This document shows positions 8,283-15,465 of a stretch of DNA of 43,146 nucleotides, in pieces. Positions within the stretch are counted from its first letter, which is position 1, and every line of letters begins with the position of its first letter. Origin of the DNA: Gemmatimonadota bacterium. GTDB taxonomy: Bacteria; Gemmatimonadota; Gemmatimonadetes; Gemmatimonadales; GWC2-71-9. Made by a program: the position numbers and the translations under genes. The stretch spans positions 1 to 43,146 of the forward strand of contig QHTP01000021.1 of assembly GCA_003220855.1 (NCBI GenBank), in the 5' to 3' direction. The notes beneath the pieces were generated by a model, which worked only from the letters and a program-made list of their open reading frames with translations, did not search any database and was not told the DNA's origin.

Positions 8283-8699
8283 ATGCATGGTGTGATCAGG
8301 CGGTATCGCGTGCGGCTGGGCACGGTAGCACAGGCGGCACGCTACACCGAGAAGGGGTTCTTGCCCATCCTGCGGGGCATTCCGGGCTTCGTTTCCTCGC
8401 ATCTGCTGGACGAGGGGAACGACGTGCTCACCTGGATGGCGCTGCTCGAGACGGAGGAAGCCGTCCAGTCCGCCGTGGGCGCGTCGCGCGAGTGGTTCCG
8501 CGACGAGTGGTCGTCGTTCCGACCGCTGCCCCCGGAAGTGGTGACCGGCGAGGTGCTGGCGCGGGCCACGGCCGATCGCCGCCGCACGGTGGACCGCCGC
8601 CGGCTCGCGCTCGTCGGGGCGACGGCGTGGGACGGATCCGAACGCCGCGCGGGTAACGATCGGCGGCTGGAAGCGCCGAGCTGGGCCCGGGCCGGCTGA
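8283..8699 (+). CDS. ABM-like (dimeric alpha/beta-barrel) domain protein with C-terminal (D/E)RR repeat tail
   Basis: MHGVIRRYRVRLGTVAQAARYTEKGFLPILRGIPGFVSSHLLDEGNDVLTWMALLETEEAVQS... followed by ADRRRTVDRRRLA...SERRAGNDRRLEA. ATG 8283 is preceded by GAGGGGGA. Confidence 0.6.
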   Translation: MHGVIRRYRVRLGTVAQAARYTEKGFLPILRGIPGFVSSHLLDEGNDVLTWMALLETEEAVQSAVGASREWFRDEWSSFRPLPPEVVTGEVLARATADRRRTVDRRRLALVGATAWDGSERRAGNDRRLEAPSWARAG

Positions 8700-8731
8700 C
8701 CCCGGCGGTCTAGATCGCCGAGCGTTCCCAC

Positions 8732-8763
8732 TGGTCGTCGGGCGCGGCGCTGTCCGACGACCA
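8732..8763 (+). terminator. hairpin downstream of the ABM/DRR gene
   Basis: TGGTCGTCGG (8732-8741) - 12-nt loop - CCGACGACCA (8754-8763), a 10-bp perfect stem followed by a weakly T-containing tail. Confidence 0.4.
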
Positions 8764-8780
8764 CCATTGCTTCGTCCCCC

Positions 8781-9719
8781 ATGTCCCTCGCCCGCCGCCT
8801 GCTGCTTCGCGCCTCGCGCAGCGCCTGGCTGGCCCGCACCCTCCGGGAACGCGCCTTCTTCGGCCGCGCCGTACGCCGCTTCATGCCGGGGGAGGACCTC
8901 TCCGCCGCGTTGGCCGCCGCGGCCGGCCTCGCGCAGGCGGGGCTCGGCAGCGTGCTCACGCACCTGGGCGAGCAGGTCACGAGCCGCGACGAAGCGGCCG
9001 GCGTGCGCGATCAGTATCTCCGCGTATTCGATGAGATCCGGCTGCGCCAACTGCCGGCCGAGATCTCGGTCAAACTCACCCACCTCGGCCTCGAGCTGAA
9101 TCCCAAGGCGTGCCTCCAGCATCTGCTCGCGCTCGCCGCGCGGGCGGCGGATGCCCGGTCCTTCCTGTGGATCGACATGGAGGAGTCACGCTACGTCGAC
9201 GCCACGCTCGAGCTCTATCAGGCCGCGCGTGCCGCGCATCCGGGAGTGGGCGTGTGCCTGCAGGCGTACCTGCGTCGCACTCCGGACGACCTGGAGACGC
9301 TCTCGCCCCTCGCGCCGGCGATCCGCCTCGTGAAGGGCGCCTACAACGAGTCGCCGGCGGCGGCGTTTCCGCGAAAGCGGGACGTGGATGCGGCCTACGC
9401 CGTGCTTGGCGGACGCCTGCTCGAGCTTGCGGCGCGAGGCGGGGCGCGGGCGGTGTTCGGAACGCACGACCTGGACCTCGTTGCGCGGCTCTCCGACCGG
9501 GCGCTGGCGCTCGGTCTCACGGGTGGCGACGGGGCGGGTGGCTACGAGGTGCATATGCTGTACGGCATCCGGGCCGCCGCGCAGCGCGCCCTCGCACAGC
9601 AAGGCGTGGCGGTGCGCGTGCTCATCAGCTACGGGACGCACTGGTTTCCGTGGTACATGCGGCGGCTCGCCGAGCGACCGGCGAATGTGTGGTTTGTGGT
9701 AAGGCACCTGGTGGGGTGA
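8781..9719 (+). CDS. proline dehydrogenase family protein (monofunctional PRODH-like)
   Basis: ...FMPGEDLSAALAAAAGLAQAGLGSVLTHLGE...ISVKLTHLGLEL...WIDMEESRYVDATLELY...VCLQAYLRRT...IRLVKGAY...YEVHMLYGI...YGTHWFPWYMRRLAERPANVWF, the PRODH TIM-barrel blocks. Confidence 0.8.
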   Translation: MSLARRLLLRASRSAWLARTLRERAFFGRAVRRFMPGEDLSAALAAAAGLAQAGLGSVLTHLGEQVTSRDEAAGVRDQYLRVFDEIRLRQLPAEISVKLTHLGLELNPKACLQHLLALAARAADARSFLWIDMEESRYVDATLELYQAARAAHPGVGVCLQAYLRRTPDDLETLSPLAPAIRLVKGAYNESPAAAFPRKRDVDAAYAVLGGRLLELAARGGARAVFGTHDLDLVARLSDRALALGLTGGDGAGGYEVHMLYGIRAAAQRALAQQGVAVRVLISYGTHWFPWYMRRLAERPANVWFVVRHLVG

Positions 9720-9721
9720 TG

Positions 9722-9739
9722 CCCGGGCTTGCGCCCGGG
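9722..9739 (+). terminator. short GC hairpin after the PRODH gene
   Basis: CCCGGGC-TTGC-GCCCGGG (7-bp stem) 3 nt after the stop. A TGTTTTCT stretch follows about 15 nt later. Confidence 0.35.
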
Positions 9740-9765
9740 GTTCGTAGGGGCCTGTTTTCTCATCG

Positions 9766-10974
9766 ATGGTCACGCACACACTGACCTCCGCCCCCGTAGA
9801 GCTCGACCGCTGGCGTCGCGACACGCCCGGATGCCGGGATCGCATCCACCTGAATAACGCTGGCGCGGGGCTCATGCCTCGCCCCGTGCTCGACGCGCTC
9901 ATGCAGCACCTGGCGCGGGAGGCGGCGATCGGCGGGTACGAGGCGGCCGACGAAGCGGAACCCCGCGTGCGCGAGACGTACGCCCTCGTGGCGCAGCTCG
10001 TCGGCGCGGCGCCCAGGAACATCGCGCTCGTCGAGAACGCGACCGTCGCGTTCTCCCAGGCCCTCTCCGCGTTCGACTTCCGCCCCGGCGACCGTATCGT
10101 CACCACCCGCACCGACTACCCGTCGAATCAGCTGATGTACCTGTCCCTGGCGCAACGCACCGGCGTCCAAACCGTGCGCGCCGACGATCTCCCCCAGGGC
10201 GGCGTCGACCCGGAGAGTGTCCGCCGCCTGGCGCGTGATCCACGCACCCGGCTGGTCGCCCTGTCGTGGGTGCCGACCAATTCGGGGCTGGTGCAGGATG
10301 CACGTGCCGTTGGCGAGGTCTGTGCCGAGCTGGGTGTGCCGTACCTGGTCGACGCCTGTCAGACGGTAGGACAGATGGCGATCGACGTGAACGCGCTGCG
10401 GTGCGACTTCCTCGCCGCCACGGGGCGCAAGTTCCTGCGGGACCCGCGCGGCATCGGGTTCCTGTACGTGTCCGACCGGATGCTCGAGCGCGGGGCGTTC
10501 CCGCTGTTCCTCGACATGCGCGGCGCCGACTGGATCGACCCCGACGCGTTCCGCCTGTCGGACGGCGCGCGTCGCTTCGAGAACTGGGAGTTCGCCTACG
10601 CCCTCATCGTCGGCCTCGGCGCCGCCGCCCGCTACGCGCTCGCGGCCGGGCGGCTGGGGCACGAGCGGGCCTGGCGGCTCGCGGCGCGGCTGCGCGAGCG
10701 ACTCGACGCTGTGCCCGAGGGGCGGGTGCTCGACCGCGGCCCGGAACGGTGCGCCATCGTCACGCTCGACGTCCGGGGTCGGGACGCCGCCGAGCTCGAG
10801 CTCCGTCTCCGCGAGCGCGGCATCAACACCAGCTCGGCCGACCGCAAGTCGGGTGTGCTCGACATGGACGACAAGCGCGCGGCCACGGTGCTCCGCTTCT
10901 CACCCCACTACTACAACACGGAAGACGAGCTCGATGCCGCGGTCGCGGCGCTGATCGACCTCGTCCGCCGATGA
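9766..10974 (+). CDS. class V aminotransferase-fold PLP enzyme (cysteine desulfurase/epimerase-like)
   Basis: IHLNNAGAGLMPRPVLDAL...VENATVAFSQAL...LVALSWVPTNSGLVQD...VPYLVDACQTVGQMAIDV...DFLAATGRKFLRDPRGIGFLYV (the conserved Lys is in GRKF). Confidence 0.8.
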   Translation: MVTHTLTSAPVELDRWRRDTPGCRDRIHLNNAGAGLMPRPVLDALMQHLAREAAIGGYEAADEAEPRVRETYALVAQLVGAAPRNIALVENATVAFSQALSAFDFRPGDRIVTTRTDYPSNQLMYLSLAQRTGVQTVRADDLPQGGVDPESVRRLARDPRTRLVALSWVPTNSGLVQDARAVGEVCAELGVPYLVDACQTVGQMAIDVNALRCDFLAATGRKFLRDPRGIGFLYVSDRMLERGAFPLFLDMRGADWIDPDAFRLSDGARRFENWEFAYALIVGLGAAARYALAAGRLGHERAWRLAARLRERLDAVPEGRVLDRGPERCAIVTLDVRGRDAAELELRLRERGINTSSADRKSGVLDMDDKRAATVLRFSPHYYNTEDELDAAVAALIDLVRR

Positions 10975-11480
10975 TCCGACGGCTCGCGCTGTTACTCGCG
11001 CTCCCCTGGGCGGCGCTCCACGCCCAGGTCCGCTGGAGTCAGCACGCGACGGTGATGCAGGCGATCGGCGCGACCGAAGTGACCATCGTCTACAACCGGC
11101 CGCGCGCACGCGGCCGCAAGCTGTTCGGCGAGCTGGTGCCCTGGGGCAAGGTGTGGTGTCCGGGCGCCGACGAGGCCACGACCATCGCCATCACCAAAGA
11201 TGCGCTGGTCGCGGGTCAGCGACTCGCCGCCGGCAAGTACAGCATCTGGGCGGTTCCCGGCCCCGCTGAGTGGACGCTGATCTTCAGCAAGGCGGCGGAC
11301 GTCTTTCACATCCCCTACCCCGGTCCGGTACAGGACGCGCTCCGTATCACCGTGAAGCCGCAGGCGGGACCGTTCATGGAAGCACTGGCGTTCTACTTTC
11401 CCGCCGCAGACGCGGAGCGGGCTCTCCTGAACCTGCACTGGGGCGAGACCGTCGTGCAGGTCACGCTGGCCGTGCCTTAG
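10971..11480 (+). CDS. DUF2911-family secreted protein
   Basis: Signal peptide MIRRLALLLALPWAALHAQ. The block IVYNRPRARGRKLFGELVPWGKVWCPGADEATTIAITKDALVAGQRLAAGKYSIWAVPGPAEWTLIFSK is typical of DUF2911. ATGA start/stop overlap with the upstream gene. Confidence 0.7.
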   Translation: MIRRLALLLALPWAALHAQVRWSQHATVMQAIGATEVTIVYNRPRARGRKLFGELVPWGKVWCPGADEATTIAITKDALVAGQRLAAGKYSIWAVPGPAEWTLIFSKAADVFHIPYPGPVQDALRITVKPQAGPFMEALAFYFPAADAERALLNLHWGETVVQVTLAVP

Positions 11481-11490
11481 CAGCAATCGC

Positions 11491-12417
11491 CTACGCTTCG
11501 TAGCGCTGAATCCGCGACCCGTTATCGGTGGCACGGGCCCGGAGCAGTGCCGTGCTGGCGTGCGCGAGCAGGCTGGCGGGGTCGAGCGGCGTCTCGTGCA
11601 GATCCCCGACCGCCTCGAACCCCGCGCGCACCCGCAGGGGCGGCAGACCGGCGGGTCTGGCGGCGGCACCCTCGATGACGCGCGACAGCCGGCGGGCCAT
11701 CTGCTCGGCTCCAGCGGGAGCGGTGGAGGGAGCGAGCACCAGGAATTCGCCGGCGGCGGCACGCCCGATGGCGTCCGAGGCACGCCCGCTCGCCTGGAGC
11801 ACCCGCGAGGCGAAATCGACGACGCCGGGCGAAGCTGCCGCGGCCCCCGACGGGGCCCGGGCCGCGTCTGGCTCCACGGACAACGCCACGCAGGCGAGCG
11901 GCGCATGCCGGCGAAACGCGTCGGAGACCAGCTCGCGCGCGCGTCGCTCGAGTCCCCGTTTCGTGTACAGGCCGCTCGCCGGCTCCGTATCCTCTTCCAA
12001 CAGGTGGTCGGTTTCGAGCTTGACGCGAGTGAACGCGTCGACCTTCAGCAGCAGCTCCTCCGCGTTGAGCCCGAGGCTCAGGTAGTCCCACGCCCCGGCC
12101 TCGAGGGCCGCGAGCCGCTGCTGCTTGGTCGCCGGAGTCGAGGTGATCATGATGACGGGTGTATGCCACGACACCGCCCGGAGCTGCCGCAGCTTGCGGC
12201 ACACGACGATGCTGTCCAGGTCCTGAAGGTTCGCGTCCATGAGGACCACGTCGGGCCGCATGTCCGCTGCCTGCTCCAGCAGCTCGCGCCCGCTCGTCAC
12301 GGCGAGGACCCTGTATCCCAGCGGGGCGAGCATGCTGTCGAGCGCCCGCGTGAGCCACGTGCCGGTGTGGGCGACGAGGACAACAGGTATGCGGATGAAA
12401 GGCGCGCGCTGAGGCAA
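11491..12417 (-). CDS. response regulator: atypical receiver + degenerate GGDEF domain (AAGEF, RxxD retained)
   Basis: Receiver-like VVLVAHTG...PDVVLMDANLQD...PVIMITS...AGAWDYLSL. GGDEF-like SGLYTKRGLERR...RASDAIGRAAAGEFLVLAP. The track start is TTG at 12417, so the start is uncertain. Confidence 0.7.
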   Translation of the reverse strand: MPQRAPFIRIPVVLVAHTGTWLTRALDSMLAPLGYRVLAVTSGRELLEQAADMRPDVVLMDANLQDLDSIVVCRKLRQLRAVSWHTPVIMITSTPATKQQRLAALEAGAWDYLSLGLNAEELLLKVDAFTRVKLETDHLLEEDTEPASGLYTKRGLERRARELVSDAFRRHAPLACVALSVEPDAARAPSGAAAASPGVVDFASRVLQASGRASDAIGRAAAGEFLVLAPSTAPAGAEQMARRLSRVIEGAAARPAGLPPLRVRAGFEAVGDLHETPLDPASLLAHASTALLRARATDNGSRIQRYEA

Positions 12418-12554
12418 GCTCGTGCTTTCGAAATGAGGCGTGCGTTACACCCTAGGGCGCCCCGTGCTGCCGTGTGCTCCAAAATGTGGCCGCCGGGGCC
12501 CTGGGGAGAAACCGGGCGAAACCCTAGATCAGGCGGGGAGAAGACCCGGGGGCG

Positions 12555-13187
12555 TCAAGGCTGGATGAGACCCTCGCGGATCGCATACCGCACCAGACCG
12601 GCGACGTCGTGCAGGTTCAGTTTCTTCATCACGCGCGCGCGGTGGAACTCGGCCGTCTTGGGGGTGATCGCGAGCAGCGCGGCGACCTGTTTCGTCGACT
12701 TCCCCTCGGCCACGAGCTGCACGACCTGGCGCTCCCGGGAGGTCAGCCGGCCGTGGTCCGCGGCGGCGGCGGCGCGGCAGGCCTCCACGACGGCCTGCGA
12801 CACGCCCGCCCCGACGTAGAACCCGCCGCGCGACACTTGCTCGATGGCCTGGGCGAGGTCTTCTCCCGCCTGTGTCTTGAGCACGAACCCGCGTACGCCC
12901 GCCCGGACCGCGTCCGTCACCAGGCGCTCCTGCTCGAGCGCCGTCAGCATGACGACCTGCGTGTGGGGGCACGCCTCGACGATCTGGCGCGCAGCATCGA
13001 TGCCGTTGAGCAGCGGCATCATGATGTCGAGCACCGCGACGTCCGGCTCGAGCTCGCGTGCGACCTCGATCGCCGCCCTGCCGTCGGACGCCTCGGCCAC
13101 CACCTCGAGGCCGTGGCGCTCGAGCAGGGCGCGCACGCCTTGCCGGAGCACGAGGTGGTCGTCGGCCAGCACTACGCGTAGCGACAT
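12555..13187 (-). CDS. NarL/LuxR-family two-component response regulator
   Basis: MSLRVVLADDHLVLRQG...PDVAVLDIMMPLLNGIDA...VVMLTA...GVRGFVLK plus the C-terminal LuxR HTH LTSRERQVVQLVAEGKSTKQVAALLAITPKTAEFHRARVMKKL. SD GGAGGA precedes ATG 13187. Confidence 0.9.
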   Translation of the reverse strand: MSLRVVLADDHLVLRQGVRALLERHGLEVVAEASDGRAAIEVARELEPDVAVLDIMMPLLNGIDAARQIVEACPHTQVVMLTALEQERLVTDAVRAGVRGFVLKTQAGEDLAQAIEQVSRGGFYVGAGVSQAVVEACRAAAAADHGRLTSRERQVVQLVAEGKSTKQVAALLAITPKTAEFHRARVMKKLNLHDVAGLVRYAIREGLIQP

Positions 13188-13305
13188 CGTTCCTCCGCAG
13201 GTCCGGGCTCCTCTATACGGAGCGACCCGGCACGGGTCAAGCGGCCCGCGTCACACCAGGGGGGAAGTACACGTCCGGTAGCGAGTTATCGGTTACTGTT
13301 CAATC

Positions 13306-14799
13306 ATGCCGTCGCAACCCGCGCGCCTCTCCAAGTCGCGCTATCTCTCGGGGCTCCAGTGTCACAAACAGCTGTGGTGGCGGGTGCACGAGCCCGAGGC
13401 ACCGGAGCTGGCGCCGTCCCCGGGGCAGCAGAACCTGTTCGCCCAAGGGCACGACGTGGGTGAGCGCGCCCGGCAGCACGTGCCCGGGGGCGAGCTGATC
13501 GATCTCCCGTTCTATCAACACGACAACATGGTGGCGGCCACGCGCGAGGCTCTGAAACACGAGGCGCCCGCCGTTTACGAAGCCTGGTTTCTGGCGGACG
13601 ACACCTACGTGGGGGTCGACATTCTGGAGCGCACGCCCCGGGGCTACGGCGTGATCGAGGTGAAGGCGTCCAACAGCTACAAGCCGGAGCACCTTCCCGA
13701 TGCGGCGGTCCAGGTGCATGTGCTGCGGCGCGCGGGCCTCGCCGTGGAGCGCGCCGAGGTGATGCATCTCAACCCGCAATGCCGCTACCCCGATCTGTCC
13801 AATCTCTTCATACGCGAAGACGTCACCGCGCTGGTGGAAGGGGCGCTGATCGGTGTGCCGGACGAGCTCGCGGCGCAGCGGGCGATGCTCGCGGGAGCGC
13901 TGCCGGACGTCCCCATCGGGGAGCACTGCACCCGGCCGTACGACTGCCCGTTCATCGAGCGCTGCTGGCCCAAGACGCCCGATCATCACGTGAGCCGCCT
14001 GTACCGCATCGATCGGAAGCGGGCCCTCGAGCTCGAAGCCGATGGGTTTGCGACGATCTACGACCTGCCGTCGGACCTGGAGCTCTCCGTGATCCACGCG
14101 CGCCAGGTGAAGGCCGTCCAGAGCGGGCGCATGGTCGTAGAGCCCACGCTCACGAAGGCCCTCGCCCAGTTCGGGTCGCCGCTCGCGTTCCTCGATTTCG
14201 AAACGGTGAGCCTCGCGATCCCACGCTGGCCCGGGTGCCGACCGTGGCAGCAGGTGCCGGTGCAATTCAGCGTGCACGCAGAGGAGCGGGGTGGCGGCTT
14301 CGCCCATCATCAGTGGATCGCCGGAGGGCCGGACGATCCGCGGCCCGCGCTGGCGGAAGCGCTGGTGGAGGCGTGCGCTGGAGCGAGGAAGATCGTGGCG
14401 TATTACGCGAGTTTCGAGCGGGAGTGTATCCGCCAGCTGCGCGAGGTGGTGCCGCGCCTGGCCAAGGAGCTCGAGCGCATCGAGCGGCGGCTGGTCGACC
14501 TGCTGCCCACAATTCGCAATCACGTGTACCACCCTGATTTCGGGGGCGGGTTCAGCCTCAAGAAGACACTGCCGGCCCTGGTGCCGGGGCTGTCCTACTC
14601 GGACCTAAGAGTGCAAGACGGCGAGGTCGCGACGGTCGAGCTGCAGCGTCTGATGCTCCGGGGCGCCGAGCTGCCGGCGGGCGAGCGGGCGGCGCTGCGA
14701 GAGGACTTGCTGCGCTATTGCGAGCGCGACACATGGGCGATGGTGAAGCTGTTGGAGAAATTGAGGAGCTTGGTGGCGGATCAGCTGGACCTGTTCTGA
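13306..14799 (+). CDS. DUF2779-like fusion nuclease: N-terminal PD-(D/E)XK (Cas4/RecB-like, Cys4) + C-terminal DEDDy 3'-5' exonuclease-like domain
   Basis: N-terminal part: C19 plus HCTRPYDCPFIERC (4 Cys), GVD...GVIEVKAS (D..ExK), AAVQVHVL. C-terminal part: LAFLDFET (DxE), IVAYYASFERECI, LLRYCERDTWAM (Yx3D). Confidence 0.6.
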   Translation: MPSQPARLSKSRYLSGLQCHKQLWWRVHEPEAPELAPSPGQQNLFAQGHDVGERARQHVPGGELIDLPFYQHDNMVAATREALKHEAPAVYEAWFLADDTYVGVDILERTPRGYGVIEVKASNSYKPEHLPDAAVQVHVLRRAGLAVERAEVMHLNPQCRYPDLSNLFIREDVTALVEGALIGVPDELAAQRAMLAGALPDVPIGEHCTRPYDCPFIERCWPKTPDHHVSRLYRIDRKRALELEADGFATIYDLPSDLELSVIHARQVKAVQSGRMVVEPTLTKALAQFGSPLAFLDFETVSLAIPRWPGCRPWQQVPVQFSVHAEERGGGFAHHQWIAGGPDDPRPALAEALVEACAGARKIVAYYASFERECIRQLREVVPRLAKELERIERRLVDLLPTIRNHVYHPDFGGGFSLKKTLPALVPGLSYSDLRVQDGEVATVELQRLMLRGAELPAGERAALREDLLRYCERDTWAMVKLLEKLRSLVADQLDLF

Positions 14800-15465
14800 G
14801 AGGGAGTGAGCCCCATGCCGAGCCACGGAGCAGCACATGCGGGCGCGCCGGTCAGCTTTATTCCCTCGGATGCTCCGGAGCGAGGGCCCGAGGACGGCAT
14901 CGCGCTGCGCCGGCACCGCGGCCGGCCGGTCGACGTACAGCGCCTGGTGTTTGTGCGCCTGCACCACCGCTTTGCCGCACCCCTCCCCGGTCCACGCCAG
15001 CAGCTCGCCGAACAGCGCGCGTCGAAACAACAGCGGGGGCGCGGTGACGTCGCCGTAGCGCGACACGACGAGCGGCGCCTCGCTCGTGCGCGCCCGGCGA
15101 ACCAGCTCGGCCAGTGCGGCTTCACTCACGTGCACCATGTCGGCCAGCAGCACCACGGCCGCATCCACGTCTTCATGCATCAGGTCGAGGGCGGCGTGAA
15201 GCGATGTACTGGTCGGGCCCGTGAACTCGGGATTGAGCGCGATCTCCACGGGGAGCCCCGCGAGGGCGGCGCGCGTCCGGTCCGCCTCGTGGCCGAGCAC
15301 CACCACGACGGGCGACAGTCCGGCCGCGAGCGCCCGACGGGCCGCGCGCCGCACCAGCGGCTCGCCCTCGAGCTCGAGCAGCATCTTGTTCCGGCCCATG
15401 CGGCGCGAGGCACCGGCGGCGAGCACGACGCCGGCCACGCGCAGCGGCTCAGTCGGTCGGGGCAT
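14605..15465 (-). CDS. MobA/MocA-like molybdenum cofactor nucleotidyltransferase (3' end anomalous)
   Basis: LRVAGVVLAAGASRRMGRNKMLLELEGEPLVRRAARRAL...VVVVLGHEAD...GPTSTSLHAALD...VVLLADMVHV. ATG 15465 was chosen; the track start 15477 is TTG. The last ~65 codons overlap the convergent DUF2779-like gene and look like nonsense, so the true stop is uncertain. Confidence 0.6.
   Translation of the reverse strand: MPRPTEPLRVAGVVLAAGASRRMGRNKMLLELEGEPLVRRAARRALAAGLSPVVVVLGHEADRTRAALAGLPVEIALNPEFTGPTSTSLHAALDLMHEDVDAAVVLLADMVHVSEAALAELVRRARTSEAPLVVSRYGDVTAPPLLFRRALFGELLAWTGEGCGKAVVQAHKHQALYVDRPAAVPAQRDAVLGPSLRSIRGNKADRRARMCCSVARHGAHSLSEQVQLIRHQAPQFLQQLHHRPCVALAIAQQVLSQRRPLARRQLGAPEHQTLQLDRRDLAVLHS

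Noticed and set aside
8111-8323. 70-aa minus-strand ORF in the lipoprotein/ABM intergenic region
   Set aside because: No SD, odd composition, and it overlaps the likely promoter/5' region of the ABM-DRR gene. It is probably non-coding.
13300-14532. 410-aa minus-strand ORF opposite the DUF2779-like gene
   Set aside because: Antisense shadow. The nuclease motifs are only in the plus frame.
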